NCBI GenBank assembly: GCA_963823335.1
Contig: CAWGLD010000003.1
Span: 128,001 to 192,000, forward strand
DNA length: 64,000 bases
Origin: an uncultured delta proteobacterium
Lineage (GTDB): Bacteria > Desulfobacterota > Desulfobacteria > Desulfobacterales > B30-G6
Direction of reading: 5' to 3'
In this document: one piece after another, positions 28,843 to 39,631 of the stretch
Position numbering within the stretch: position 1 is the first letter of the stretch
How the letters are laid out: every line of letters starts with the position of its first letter
Position numbers and translations under genes: made by a program
Notes under the pieces: model-generated
The model's database searches: none
What the model was told of the DNA's origin: nothing
Seen by the model: the letters and a program-made list of their open reading frames with translations, nothing else

Positions 28843-31083
28843 CCTTTTCTGAAAAAAATAATCAGCATTACCCCCTTGACCCTATCCTCTCTCTTGATTC
28901 TTTCCGGTATCCTCCTTTATCTCATCGAAGTACCATTCTTGGAACTGATGGAACTGAAAACCGTTGACTTGCGTTATGTCAACCGAGGGAGTTCCGAGTT
29001 CGAATCCGATGTGGTCCTGGCCGTTATCGATGAAGAGAGTATCGATAAAGAGGGAAAATGGATCTGGCCCAGATCCAAGATGGCGAATCTCGTCAACAAG
29101 CTTTCGGAGGCGGGTGCCAGGGTTATTTCTTTTGATGTCGGTTTTCTCGAACCGGATGAAAAGAGTGTTTTCAGAACCATTGAAGAGATCGAGAAAAAAC
29201 TCACTATCCTCGATGGTGAGAGCCGGGCCTATCTGGAGGGATTAAAGCGGGCATCGGATAATGACCAGCTATTGGCGGACGCCATTGTTCGATCAAAAGC
29301 AAAGGTTGTCCTGGGTTATTTTTTTCAGATGGAGAAATCTCATTCCGCTGACCTGGACGGAGAAAAGCTCAAAATCCAACGTAAAAATATCCAGTCTTCG
29401 CGCTATGCCCAGGTGAAGTTTCAATCAGAGAAAGCCATGCACGTCCCTGTCATAGAGGCGCAGGTTGCCAATGCGAACATCACGGCAATTTCTCAGGCAA
29501 CAAGCTATTCAGGCTTTTTCAACATGTTTCCGGACAGAGATGGCGTGGTTCGCTGGATACCGGCAGTTATCGAGTATTCAGATGAAATGTATGCACCTCT
29601 GTCGCTCATGACCCTGAGCGCTTTCATGGATTCCCAACCGCTTGTGATCGTGGCTGACTATGGTATCGAGAAAATTCAGTTCAATGATTTTGTCATCCCG
29701 ACGGATGAGTTGGGCCGTATCATGATCAATTATCGTGGGGATGCCAAATCCTTCCGGCATATACCGGTCACAGACATTCTCAACGACAAGGTGTCGGAGA
29801 GTGAACTGAAAGGCAAGGCGGTTATCGTCGGGGCTACAGCAATCGGTATTTATGACATGCGGGTGACACCCTTCACGAGCGTTTTTCCAGGCGTTGAAAT
29901 TCATGCCAGTATCGTCGACAGCGTTTTAAGGGGCGAGTTTCTGTATCATCCGACATGGGCTGCCGTTTTTGACATCCTGGCAATTGTCTTGGCTGGACTT
30001 CTCCTGAGTGTCGTTCTGCCGAGGGCCGGTGTTTTTTTAGGTGTCCTGACGGTCTGTGCTCTCTTTTTCGGTCACATCTTTTTTTGTCAGTATCTGTTCA
30101 GCAGGCAGGGGTGGATTTTAAACATGGTTTATCCTTTGCTGGTTATCCTTTCTGTTTATATCAGCATTACGGTTTATAAATATCTAAGCGAATCGAGGCA
30201 GAAGCGTTTTATCCGCAGTGCCTTTTCCACGTATCTTGCCCCTACTGTCGTCCAGCAGCTCATCGACTCACCGGAACATCTGGAGCTGGGGGGTGAGGAG
30301 CGGGAGATCACCGCTTTTTTCTCGGATGTGCAGGGCTTTACGAGTATCTCAGAGAAACTGACACCCCATGATCTGGTGGATTTACTGAATGAATTTTTGA
30401 CCGAAATGACGAATATAATTCTCAAGCGCGAAGGAACTGTGGATAAATTCGAGGGAGATGCGATAATCGCTTTTTATGGTGCGCCGAACGCGCTTGAAAA
30501 CCAGGCCGAAACAGCGTGTTTGACCTGTGTAGATATGCAGAAACGCCTCGCTGAACTGCGCGAGAAATGGCACCAGGAGGGTAAGCCGGAGCTGAAGATG
30601 CGTATAGGACTGTCTACGGGTCCGGCAGTCGTCGGTAACATGGGGTCGCGAAACCGGATGGATTACACCATGATGGGAGACACTGTCAACACCGCCGCTC
30701 GACTGGAGGGGGTCAACAAGATTTATGGCATTTACACACTGGTTTGTGAAACCACTTTCAAGAAAGCAAGCCAGCGTGTCTGGGGTAGAGAGATCGATTC
30801 CATCAATGTTGTGGGCAAGGCTGAACCGGTTACAGTTTACCAGGTCCTTGGTTACGCGGAGGATATCGATGAAACCGGGCTTGCAATGACCGGTCTGTAT
30901 GCCGAAGGACTTCATTTTTACCGGCAACAGCGATGGGACGATGCCATTGAAAAATTTAATGCCGCTCTCGGGGTTTTTCCCGATGACGGCCCCAGCAAGG
31001 AAATGAGAGATCGGTGTACTTCCTATAAGGTAGAGCCACCGTCACAGGACTGGAATGGGTCTTATACGATGAAGAGCAAGTGA
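28819..31083 (+). CDS. CHASE2-domain adenylate cyclase with C-terminal TPR-like region
   Basis: CHASE2 (IDEESI..WPRS, DRDGVVR, PGVEIHA), 3 TM, FSDVQGFT, DKFEGDA, RMDYTMMGDTVNTAARLE; start may be 28837. Confidence 0.93.
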   Translation: MLNNTLMIPFLKKIISITPLTLSSLLILSGILLYLIEVPFLELMELKTVDLRYVNRGSSEFESDVVLAVIDEESIDKEGKWIWPRSKMANLVNKLSEAGARVISFDVGFLEPDEKSVFRTIEEIEKKLTILDGESRAYLEGLKRASDNDQLLADAIVRSKAKVVLGYFFQMEKSHSADLDGEKLKIQRKNIQSSRYAQVKFQSEKAMHVPVIEAQVANANITAISQATSYSGFFNMFPDRDGVVRWIPAVIEYSDEMYAPLSLMTLSAFMDSQPLVIVADYGIEKIQFNDFVIPTDELGRIMINYRGDAKSFRHIPVTDILNDKVSESELKGKAVIVGATAIGIYDMRVTPFTSVFPGVEIHASIVDSVLRGEFLYHPTWAAVFDILAIVLAGLLLSVVLPRAGVFLGVLTVCALFFGHIFFCQYLFSRQGWILNMVYPLLVILSVYISITVYKYLSESRQKRFIRSAFSTYLAPTVVQQLIDSPEHLELGGEEREITAFFSDVQGFTSISEKLTPHDLVDLLNEFLTEMTNIILKREGTVDKFEGDAIIAFYGAPNALENQAETACLTCVDMQKRLAELREKWHQEGKPELKMRIGLSTGPAVVGNMGSRNRMDYTMMGDTVNTAARLEGVNKIYGIYTLVCETTFKKASQRVWGREIDSINVVGKAEPVTVYQVLGYAEDIDETGLAMTGLYAEGLHFYRQQRWDDAIEKFNAALGVFPDDGPSKEMRDRCTSYKVEPPSQDWNGSYTMKSK

Positions 31084-31313
31084 CGGAATACCCAAAAGGG
31101 TAAAAGGGACCGATATTCTTTGGTTCTGCTTTTCACGATACTTGACCTGGATTCATTTTTGTTATAAAAGCAACCTGTCGATTACCACCAGTCATCATTA
31201 ATTGAACCACGATAGCGGGCGCATTCTCCCTGGCTTTCCGAAGATTTCTCGCAACCCGTTGTGAGACCTTTTCAAATAGAGGCAGCGCTTGGGCTAAAAC
31301 AGAAAAGTAGCGT

Positions 31314-32123
31314 ATGTATCATATTGAATCTGCAGGAATTACCGATATTGGCACCAAACGAAAAAATAACGAAGATGCGTTTTTTTTAAACGACGAGCAG
31401 CAGCTATATGTGGTTGCGGATGGTATGGGCGGACACCAGGCGGGTGAAGTTGCCAGCAACCTGGTGGTGGAAACGCTTTGGGATTACGTCAAGCGCTTCG
31501 ATGGTGATAGTGATGTGGAGGAGCTGACGGACCCAGATGAATCCTTATCCAAAGAAGCCAATCGACTGCTTTCGGGCATTTATCTGGCCAATAAGAGTGT
31601 ATTCCAGGCCTCCCAGAGCTGTGAGGACTATCGCGGTATGGGTTCAACCGTTTCATCCGTCTATTTTACAGACAACAGTCTTATTGCCGCAAACGTTGGT
31701 GACAGTCCCATTTACCTGATTCATGATGGTAGCATTGAGTTGCTGTCGGTTCTCCATACGGTCCTTGCCGAACAGCGTGCCATGGATCCTGACAATACCA
31801 AACAACTGGGCAATGAGTTCAAGCATATGCTGACCCGGGCAATAGGTGTCAACGAAACAGTCCAGGCCGATATATCTGAAATACAGTGCTTCAAGGGGGA
31901 TATGCTTGTTATCGGTTCTGATGGATTGACAGAAAAGATCACCAAGGAAGAGATTCACGAAATCGTAGCAAAGGAAAAGCCTGAGAAAGCCTGCCGGAAA
32001 CTGGTGGATCTGTCTAATCAACGCATGGGGGGCGACAACGTGACCGTTGTTGTTCTGAAGATAAAGAATGCCAAATCTCCCAAGGGAGGGTTCTTCAAGT
32101 TCCTATCAAATATATTTTCTTGA
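31314..32123 (+). CDS. PP2C-type Ser/Thr protein phosphatase
   Basis: RKNNED, VADGMGGH, GMGST, NVGDS, SDGL, GGDNVT. Confidence 0.95.
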   Translation: MYHIESAGITDIGTKRKNNEDAFFLNDEQQLYVVADGMGGHQAGEVASNLVVETLWDYVKRFDGDSDVEELTDPDESLSKEANRLLSGIYLANKSVFQASQSCEDYRGMGSTVSSVYFTDNSLIAANVGDSPIYLIHDGSIELLSVLHTVLAEQRAMDPDNTKQLGNEFKHMLTRAIGVNETVQADISEIQCFKGDMLVIGSDGLTEKITKEEIHEIVAKEKPEKACRKLVDLSNQRMGGDNVTVVVLKIKNAKSPKGGFFKFLSNIFS

Positions 32124-32227
32124 TTTCCCTCTATGATTCGACGGAACACACCTGGTTTCTGTTGGATAGCGGGGGAATCCCATAAATCATTTGCTGATTT
32201 TACCGATACCATCAAGAGGATGCTAAC

Positions 32228-32938
32228 ATGCCGAAACTCATACTGAAGTATAAGGATACAAAGATCAATGATTTCCTGCTTGATAAAGGCAGGAACATTA
32301 CGATTGGACGCCGGGAGAGCAATGACATCGTGATTGAGAATCTGGCAGTTTCCGGGATGCATGCTAAAATCGATGCCATCGACAAGGGATACCTCTTGAC
32401 GGATCTGAAGAGCAAGAACGGTACCTTTGTCAATGGTCAGCTCATCGCCACGCACTGGCTTGGGCATGGAGACACGGTGAGTATCGGCAAGCACACACTG
32501 GTTTTCGCCTATGTCGAGGGAGAAGAAAGGGAGACCGCCAGTGGTGCCGGCGGCATGGACAAAACCATGGTCATGGATACAGACAAGTACCGCGACATGC
32601 TGTCAAAAAGCTCCGGAAACGCGGCGGGTACTATCAGGAAAAAGGAGTTTGTGGGTGTTTTATCTTTCCTTACCGGTGGTGATGGTGAGCAGGAAATTAA
32701 AAAGAAGCTGATCAAGATAGGGAAAGATGCTTCTTCTGACATCATTGTCAGAGGGTTGATGATCGGAAAAACAGCCGCTACCATCAGCAAAAGACCCAAG
32801 GGATATTATCTGAGTTATGTGGGTGGTATGGCCAAACCAAAAGTCAATGATGTGGCGGTCAAAGAATCAATCCTCTTGAATGAGTTTGATATTATCGAAC
32901 TGGGTTCGGTCAAGATGCAGTTCATCTATAAAAATTGA
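32228..32938 (+). CDS. Tandem FHA-domain protein
   Basis: IGRRESND..VSGMHA..DLKSKNGTFVNG; second degenerate FHA at the C-terminus. Confidence 0.9.
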   Translation: MPKLILKYKDTKINDFLLDKGRNITIGRRESNDIVIENLAVSGMHAKIDAIDKGYLLTDLKSKNGTFVNGQLIATHWLGHGDTVSIGKHTLVFAYVEGEERETASGAGGMDKTMVMDTDKYRDMLSKSSGNAAGTIRKKEFVGVLSFLTGGDGEQEIKKKLIKIGKDASSDIIVRGLMIGKTAATISKRPKGYYLSYVGGMAKPKVNDVAVKESILLNEFDIIELGSVKMQFIYKN

Positions 32939-33039
32939 TATCACCATAAAAAATCTTATCTTTTACGGTTTATCCGGCAATCCCTTAATTTTTTTTCACT
33001 TTTCGATAGTCAATTTTCAATGTCATAGTTCCGCACGGT

Positions 33040-33133
33040 TGTGATTCCCGCGAAGGTGGGGATCCAGAAAAATACTGGATGCCGGATCAAGTCCGGCATG
33101 ACGGAGGTTGGCTATTTAGTCGCCGGGTTAATA
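33040..33133 (-). mobile_element. MITE/REP composite (5712 family), inverted partial copy
   Basis: CTGGATGCCGGATCAAGTCCGGCATGACG...GCTATTTAGTCGCCGGGTTAATA. Confidence 0.75.
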
Positions 33134-33233
33134 AGTTAAATGTGTAGAAAATTAACCCTTGTAGAGTTGAATCAGTGCCGGCCCTTTGGACCCGGGTATC
33201 TACGATAGCTTTCTTAACTGCGGGAGGTGTTTT

Positions 33234-33620
33234 GTGGTTGATATCAGTACCCATCTTGCCATTGACCAGGCCTTGTGCGGAAAGCCGCAGCAAATCGAGA
33301 ATGGAAAAAGCTGTGTTGTCTTCACGGCCTTACCGGAGATGGCTGCGGATAACACCGGCCTTGTTCATGGTGGATTTGTGTTCGGATTGGGCGATTATGC
33401 CGCCATGCTGGCCGTCAATCACCCGAACGTGGTTCTGGGATCGGCGGATGTTACGTTTCTCCTTCCAGTACAGGTGGGTGACACCCTGGAGGCGCGGGCA
33501 GCGGTTCAAAGAAAGGAAGGCAAAAAACAGATGGTGGATGTTGTGATCACAAAGAGTGATAACGCGGTCTTTACAGGCATATTTACCTGTTTTGTTTTGG
33601 ATTCACACGTTCTTGGCTGA
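33234..33620 (+). CDS. Hotdog-fold thioesterase (PaaI-like)
   Basis: GLVHGGFVFGLGDYAAM; GTG 33234 follows the SD GGAGGT. Confidence 0.85.
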   Translation: MVDISTHLAIDQALCGKPQQIENGKSCVVFTALPEMAADNTGLVHGGFVFGLGDYAAMLAVNHPNVVLGSADVTFLLPVQVGDTLEARAAVQRKEGKKQMVDVVITKSDNAVFTGIFTCFVLDSHVLG

Positions 33621-33715
33621 TGTTCCTGCTCCAAATATTTCATGAAAAACCATCAGAAATATTGTATGAATACAAATAAATCAGTTTTAACCATGGTCGA
33701 ACAGGAGAAATTCCC

Positions 33716-35152
33716 ATGAAGCACAAGGTCATTATCAGAAAGTGCGCTGATTACGACGCAGACAAAATAGCCGGTATTATCCGTGAGGGCATGCAGACAC
33801 TGGGGGTTGAACCCGAGGGTAATATCCTTCTGAAGCCGAATGCAGTTATCGCGCACCCTGAGATATTTCCGCACGCCTTCACACGCAAGGAGTTTTTAGA
33901 CGGTGTTATTGCCGCTACAAAATCACTTGCCGTAAATGTCAAAGAGATCGCCGTCGGGGAGAGATGCGGCATTGTTATACCGACCCGCTTCAGTTTCAAG
34001 AACGCCGGGTACCCTGAGATCATAAAAAAACATGGTATCAAGACCTACTATTTTGATGAGGTCAAGCAGGTTTCAGTCGAAATAAAGGGCAAAGAAAACC
34101 TGAGACGCCAGTTGTTTATCCCCAAGCCGGTCGTTGAGGCCGATTTTCTGATCAATCTTCCTAAATTTAAAGCACACCCCTGGAGCCGCATGACCTTGAG
34201 TCTCAAGAATTTTATCGGGATCCAGGATGATCGGCACCGCCTTGTGGACCACAACCAGTTTCTGGAACATAAAATAGCCGACCTCCAGGAGGTTATTCAG
34301 CCAAAGTTTATCGCTATTGATGGGATTATTGCGGGTCAGAAGATGATGCTGACCCCGACACCCTTTCCTCTGGGTGCCATCGTGATGGGTACCAATTCAT
34401 GTGCCGTGGATACGGTAGGGTGCCACATGGTCCACGCAGATCCAAAGGATGTGGTTCATCTCCGTCTTGCGTCGGAAAGGGGCTTCGGTCCCATGGATAT
34501 TTCGGAGATAGAGATTCTGGGTGACTTCCCCTTGGAAGAGGTCAGGGCGCATAGCAAAGGTTTTGCTTTCTGCATGGAAAAAATCGACGACTATTTTGGT
34601 GATGAAAGCAATCTTTCCTGTACCGTGGGAACCTTTCCGGAAGCGCACTCCAAGGATTACTGCTGGGGGGGGTGCCCGGGAGCACTGCAGGAGTCGATGC
34701 ATATTTTCAGGGGGTTATATCCAGACGTCGACAAAAAGATGAAAAGAATTCGTTACGTTGTTGGGAAGGTGGAGGGCCCCCTTGATCTGGCTGATGATGA
34801 AAAGGTCATTTTTGCCGGTAATTGCACCAGCTGGAAAGGGGAGATCGATGGTAAAAAAGTGACCATCGAGGGTCAGTACAAAAGGCCGCATGAGGTGGAT
34901 GAAACCAAGACAAAGTCAAACGACATGCTGCTCAAGACAATTACCGCTCTCTTTCATGCATTTAAAAATAGAGGATCAAGATATCTGCATGCCAAGGGAT
35001 GCACCATATCGGTTGCCGAGCATGTTAACTATTTATCGACCATGGCGGGGATTAAAAATCCCCATTTTGATCTGAGATTATCCATCGGTTTAACGTTTAC
35101 ATACTGGCAGATGCGATTCAAACGACTTTTTAACCGACTGCTTGGGGCATAG
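33716..35152 (+). CDS. DUF362 family protein with Cys-containing C-terminal part
   Basis: ILLKPN, VGE, INLPKFKAH, TLSLKN, IDGI, AVD; CWGGC. Confidence 0.85.
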   Translation: MKHKVIIRKCADYDADKIAGIIREGMQTLGVEPEGNILLKPNAVIAHPEIFPHAFTRKEFLDGVIAATKSLAVNVKEIAVGERCGIVIPTRFSFKNAGYPEIIKKHGIKTYYFDEVKQVSVEIKGKENLRRQLFIPKPVVEADFLINLPKFKAHPWSRMTLSLKNFIGIQDDRHRLVDHNQFLEHKIADLQEVIQPKFIAIDGIIAGQKMMLTPTPFPLGAIVMGTNSCAVDTVGCHMVHADPKDVVHLRLASERGFGPMDISEIEILGDFPLEEVRAHSKGFAFCMEKIDDYFGDESNLSCTVGTFPEAHSKDYCWGGCPGALQESMHIFRGLYPDVDKKMKRIRYVVGKVEGPLDLADDEKVIFAGNCTSWKGEIDGKKVTIEGQYKRPHEVDETKTKSNDMLLKTITALFHAFKNRGSRYLHAKGCTISVAEHVNYLSTMAGIKNPHFDLRLSIGLTFTYWQMRFKRLFNRLLGA

Positions 35153-35274
35153 TTTTCATGCTCAACTGCATGAAAATTTATAGTAAAACGATGGAAAACA
35201 GGGCACCATGGCTTCTAATTGGTATTTATTAAACGCCGTACAGTCTCACTTATGGCGCAAAGATTGAGTTCGTA

Positions 35275-38200
35275 ATGCCGAATCCAGGTTTCAATGTATT
35301 TACCAGTAACCGCCTTGAAAATCTCGTGGAACAGCTGGCCCTGGAAATGCGAACACCACTCTTTTCGCCACTTGAGAAGGACCTGATCATTGTGCAGAGC
35401 CAGGGAATGGCCAGGTGGGTTTCCATGGAACTTGCCAGGATCAATCGCATTTGTGCCAACTGTTTTTTCCCCTTCCCGAATGCCTTTCTGAACCATCTGT
35501 GCAAAAATCTGCTGCCCGGTGTTTCCGAATCCCCCGTGTTTGCCGCCAATGCTTTGACATTCAGGATTATGACGATTCTGCCCGGATGTCTGCACCAACC
35601 AGCATACAGCACTCTGAAATCCTATCTAGCGGATGATCAGGAAGGTGTAAAGCTGTTCCAGCTGTCAAACAAGATCGCAGATCTCTTTGACCAGTATCTT
35701 GTCTTCAGACCCGGGATGATTCTCGGCTGGGAGCGGGGAGAACGCCCCTCAGATTTCAGCCAGTTTTGGCAGGCCGATCTATGGATGGAGATTAACACAC
35801 CCGTGGAGGCTATGCACCGCGCACGTATGCGTGAGATGTTGCTCGAGATACTGTCAACCGCTAATTTGGATGAGCCACCCTTGCCAAAACGGGTTTCAGC
35901 CTTTGGTATTTCGCACCTTCCCTTGTTTCATCTACAGGTCCTGGAAGCTGTTTCCAAGCATGCCCAGGTCGATCTATATCTCATGAATCCCTGCAGAGAA
36001 TACTGGGAAGAAATCGTGACCAACAGAGACATCCGCCGTATCAGACAACAGTATATGGCCAGGGATATCGAACCACAAGACCTGCATCTCGATAAGGGAA
36101 ACAGGATTCTTGCCAGCATGGGGTTACTCGGGAAAGATTTCATTTCCATGATCAGTGAGCTCGATTGTGAACAGATCGAGATGTTTGAATCGCCACACAG
36201 ACAGACCATGCTTTCGACAATCCAGGCTGATATTCTGGATCTGGTTGAAACCGCAGTTCCATTTGAGCCGCAAATCGAAAAGAGTGACGATTCAGGAGAG
36301 GGCCGGCATAAAGCGCCATGCAGGTTTACCGATGATGGCAGTATCGTCATGCATGCCTGTCACAGCCCCATGCGGGAGATCGAGGTTCTCTATGACAGTA
36401 TCCTCGCCATGCTGGAGGAAGATCCTGCCCTGACACCCCGGGATGTCCTGGTTATGATTCCGGATATTGAAACATACGCGCCGTTTATATATGCCGTGTT
36501 CGATACCGTTTCCGAAGACAGGATGCGCATTCCGTTCAGTGTCGCCGATAGAAGTATCTTCAAAGAGAGTCGCGTCATCGATGGTTTCATGGCGGTTCTC
36601 GAGTTGACAGAAAGCAGGATGGAGGCAGGGCGTGTTCTTTGTCTGCTGGAATATCCTGTTATAAGAGAGAAATTCGGACTGACTGAAAGAGATCTGATCC
36701 ACCTGGAGGGATGGGTAAAGGACGTCAATATACGCTGGGGAAGAGATGCGGCTTCCCGTTCCCGGCTGGGACTGCCGGCCATGAATGAAAACACATGGGG
36801 AGCAGGGGTCCAGCGTCTGCTCCTGGGTCTGGCCATGACCGGTAATGAGCGCAATCTGTTCTCGGGTATTCTTCCCTATGACAACATGGAAGGGGAAGAC
36901 ACGTTGCTGCTGGGCAGGTTTCTCGATTTTTTAGCGTGTCTGTTTCAAACCTGCACAAGCTTGGAACAACCCAAAACAGTCTCTCAATGGGCTGGGGCCT
37001 TTTTCAGCGCCTTGAGTGAGATGTTTTCTTGTGCGGATCCTTTTGAAAGGGATATACAGACCCTGCGCAAGACAATTGATCAGATGGTCGAGAATGCTCG
37101 GGTTTCCGGATTCGAGGACAGGCTTGGTCTCGAGGTCGTCAAAGCCAGCCTGCGCAACAGCCTTGAGAGCGACATTTTCGGCTCAGGTTTCATTTCGGGC
37201 GGTGTTACATTCTGTGCCATGCTTCCCATGCGTAGCATACCCTTCCAGGCTATTTGTCTGGTGGGGCAGAGCACGGACGAATTTCCCAGGGATATCCGAA
37301 AGCTGAGCTTTGATCTGATGGCGGGACACCCCGCCAAAGGAGATCGTTCCAGGCGGGATGACGATAAATATCTGTTTCTCGAAGCGCTGATTTCAGCCAG
37401 AAAAATATTTTATGTCAGTTATATAGGGCAGAGTATACAGGACAACACAAGAATTGTTCCCTCGGTCCTGGTCAGCGAGCTCATCGATTATATTCACGAT
37501 CGTTTCGGTGTTGACCCGGATGATCTGGTAAAACACCATCCATTGCAGGCCTTTTCCCCGGTGTACTTTCAGGGGCAAAGCCCCTTTTTCAGTTATTCTC
37601 AGGAAAATTTTGTGGCAGCGAGCCAGGCAAATACAAGCGAACGTCAGCACAAGTTCGGTGCCGGCGGTCTTGGGCCGCCTTCAGACGAATGGCGTCAACT
37701 GGATGTGGAGACCTTGTACTTTTTTTTCAGGAATCCAGCCAGGTTTCTGCTGCAGCAGCGTCTGGGCATCGTTTTTGAAGAATTGGCGCTTTTGCCGGAC
37801 GACCGGGAAAATTTCAGACTGGAGGGTCTCAACAGATATCTGGTGGAACAGGAGCTGTTCCGTTGTCAGGCACAAGGAATCGACCCGGATGATCTGAAGC
37901 CGGTTATAACAGCCCGGGGTATCCTTCCCCACGCCGGAATCGGTTCATATGAGTTCAAGCGCATGTCCCTGGACATCAAAAGGTATGGTGATTTTCTGGC
38001 AACTTATGTCCGGGAGGGGACGCCGGCTTCCCAGCCATTCGAACTGGTGATCGGCGACTATACATTGACGGGCAACATTCCCGGCATCTATGGGGACAAT
38101 TGTTTTTATTTTCGTTATACCCGCTGGAATCCCGGGGATATGATCCGCCTGTGGATATATCATCTGGTCCGTGGCTGCCTTGCGAATGTGCCTCCAGGGA

Positions 38201-38559
38201 ACAGCTGGTACATAGCTCGTGACGCGGCATTTGAATTTATGCCGGTAAGCAGCGGTCCTGTGATTTTGAAATCGCTGCTGTCAATTTTCTGGGAGGGTCT
38301 GAGTCAGCCGATCCATTTTTTTCCCTCATCATCCCACGCGTATGCTGAGCAGGTAATACAATATTCGAACACACGCCGGGCAGGTTTGAAATCTGCCGGA
38401 AATAAATGGCTCAATGATCGATCATGGTCTGAATCGGCCGATCCATATGTAGCCTTCTGTTTTGCAGGGTCGAATCCATTGGACAACAGCTTTGAAACCC
38501 TTGCGGAAACGATTTTCCGTCCGATAATGGCGCACTCCCAGGCCAGGGAAGGACCTTAA
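35275..38559 (+). CDS. recC: Exodeoxyribonuclease V gamma subunit
   Basis: SNRLE, IIVQSQGMARW, LFDQYL, NPCREYW, CHSPMREIEVL, MLPMRSIP, YLFLEAL. Confidence 0.95.
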   Translation: MPNPGFNVFTSNRLENLVEQLALEMRTPLFSPLEKDLIIVQSQGMARWVSMELARINRICANCFFPFPNAFLNHLCKNLLPGVSESPVFAANALTFRIMTILPGCLHQPAYSTLKSYLADDQEGVKLFQLSNKIADLFDQYLVFRPGMILGWERGERPSDFSQFWQADLWMEINTPVEAMHRARMREMLLEILSTANLDEPPLPKRVSAFGISHLPLFHLQVLEAVSKHAQVDLYLMNPCREYWEEIVTNRDIRRIRQQYMARDIEPQDLHLDKGNRILASMGLLGKDFISMISELDCEQIEMFESPHRQTMLSTIQADILDLVETAVPFEPQIEKSDDSGEGRHKAPCRFTDDGSIVMHACHSPMREIEVLYDSILAMLEEDPALTPRDVLVMIPDIETYAPFIYAVFDTVSEDRMRIPFSVADRSIFKESRVIDGFMAVLELTESRMEAGRVLCLLEYPVIREKFGLTERDLIHLEGWVKDVNIRWGRDAASRSRLGLPAMNENTWGAGVQRLLLGLAMTGNERNLFSGILPYDNMEGEDTLLLGRFLDFLACLFQTCTSLEQPKTVSQWAGAFFSALSEMFSCADPFERDIQTLRKTIDQMVENARVSGFEDRLGLEVVKASLRNSLESDIFGSGFISGGVTFCAMLPMRSIPFQAICLVGQSTDEFPRDIRKLSFDLMAGHPAKGDRSRRDDDKYLFLEALISARKIFYVSYIGQSIQDNTRIVPSVLVSELIDYIHDRFGVDPDDLVKHHPLQAFSPVYFQGQSPFFSYSQENFVAASQANTSERQHKFGAGGLGPPSDEWRQLDVETLYFFFRNPARFLLQQRLGIVFEELALLPDDRENFRLEGLNRYLVEQELFRCQAQGIDPDDLKPVITARGILPHAGIGSYEFKRMSLDIKRYGDFLATYVREGTPASQPFELVIGDYTLTGNIPGIYGDNCFYFRYTRWNPGDMIRLWIYHLVRGCLANVPPGNSWYIARDAAFEFMPVSSGPVILKSLLSIFWEGLSQPIHFFPSSSHAYAEQVIQYSNTRRAGLKSAGNKWLNDRSWSESADPYVAFCFAGSNPLDNSFETLAETIFRPIMAHSQAREGP

Positions 38560-38697
38560 CCCTATCGTTGCATAAACAACATGGCAAAACATAGATATTT
38601 ATTTGTTATTATATGCAATATAGTAGCGATAGCGTCATTGTCTGGATATTCTCCCAGGTGAATTCTAAGGATGGTGTCTTTTTTTGCCATGTTGTTT

Positions 38698-38818
38698 ACC
38701 CTGCGGGAAAGCCGGAGAACTTCAGATCCTGCGTTGCTGAGGGTTCGAAGTAAAAAACTACGACTTCACCCTCAGGCGCCTTGACTCTGAAGCCCTCCGG
38801 CTTTTGCAACGTTAGGGT
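38698..38818 (-). mobile_element. Long imperfect palindrome, CAAGGCGC...CAACGCAG-type MITE
   Basis: Paired arms ACCCT, AAAGCCGGAG, CTTCAGA, CTGAGGGT; minus strand has CAAGGCGC and CAACGCAG in an internal loop. Confidence 0.65.
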
Positions 38819-38894
38819 TAATTCTGATCTAAATCCTCCGCATCCGGTGGAGGCTTGGTACAACGAGATAAAAGAGTTTTGTTGTTTAAAAAAA

Positions 38895-38937
38895 AGCGAC
38901 AACGTCGCGTCAAATAAAATCGTCCCAACGATTTTAT
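38895..38937 (+). repeat. Two-hairpin dispersed motif, copy 4
   Basis: AGCGACAACGTCGCGTCAAATAAAATCGTCCCAACGATTTTAT just upstream of gpt. Confidence 0.75.
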
Positions 38938-38951
38938 AAGAGATAAAGAAA

Positions 38952-39440
38952 ATGACTGAAAAATACCGGAAAACATATCCCATATCATGGGAGCAGCTGC
39001 ACAGAGATTCAAAAGCATTGGCCTGGCGGCTGCTGGATCTGGGAAAGTGGCAGGGGATTGTCGCCATCACCCGGGGAGGACTGGTTCCAGCCGCGGTCAT
39101 TTCCAGGGAACTGGATATTCACATGGTTGATACCATCTGCATTTCCAGCTACCAGTGGAAAGAACAGGGCAAAGTGGACGTGCTGAAATCGTTTCAGGGG
39201 AACGGGGAGGGCTGGCTTCTGGTGGATGACCTGGTGGATACGGGCAGAACAGCAGGCGTTGCCAGAAAAATGCTTCCAAACGCTCATTTTGCAACGGTTT
39301 ATGCAAAACCTGCCGGAAGACCCCTGGTGGATACATTCATCACGGAGGTGAGCCAGGACACTTGGATCCTGTTCCCTTGGGACTCGGAGTCTCGCTTTGT
39401 GGAACCGATCTCCAATACGTACCCGAACAATGGCCGATAA
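38952..39440 (+). CDS. gpt: Xanthine-guanine phosphoribosyltransferase
   Basis: [44 protein letters not shown]. Confidence 0.95.
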   Translation: MTEKYRKTYPISWEQLHRDSKALAWRLLDLGKWQGIVAITRGGLVPAAVISRELDIHMVDTICISSYQWKEQGKVDVLKSFQGNGEGWLLVDDLVDTGRTAGVARKMLPNAHFATVYAKPAGRPLVDTFITEVSQDTWILFPWDSESRFVEPISNTYPNNGR

Positions 39441-39487
39441 GGGGCCGGATGGACGTGTTTTATCAATATTAACTATTATGAATTTGT

Positions 39488-39631
39488 AGAGGCCTTTGAA
39501 AAATGCTCAATTTTGGTTTAGTTCAAGGAAGGCGAAAATTTTAAGCGCAGGAATACATGCTGTATTTTGAGTATTAAAATTTGAGTCTGACACAGAAATA
39601 GACCAAAAGGGAGTGTTTTTCAAAGGTCTCT
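39488..39631. mobile_element. MITE with 16-bp terminal inverted repeats
   Basis: AGAGGCCTTTGAAAAA ... TTTTTCAAAGGTCTCT; core similar to the 15985 element. Confidence 0.8.

Noticed and set aside
38698-38818. 6S RNA or purine riboswitch upstream of gpt
   Set aside because: Too short for 6S and lacks purine-riboswitch core motifs; the internal loop matches the MITE family seen at 15985.
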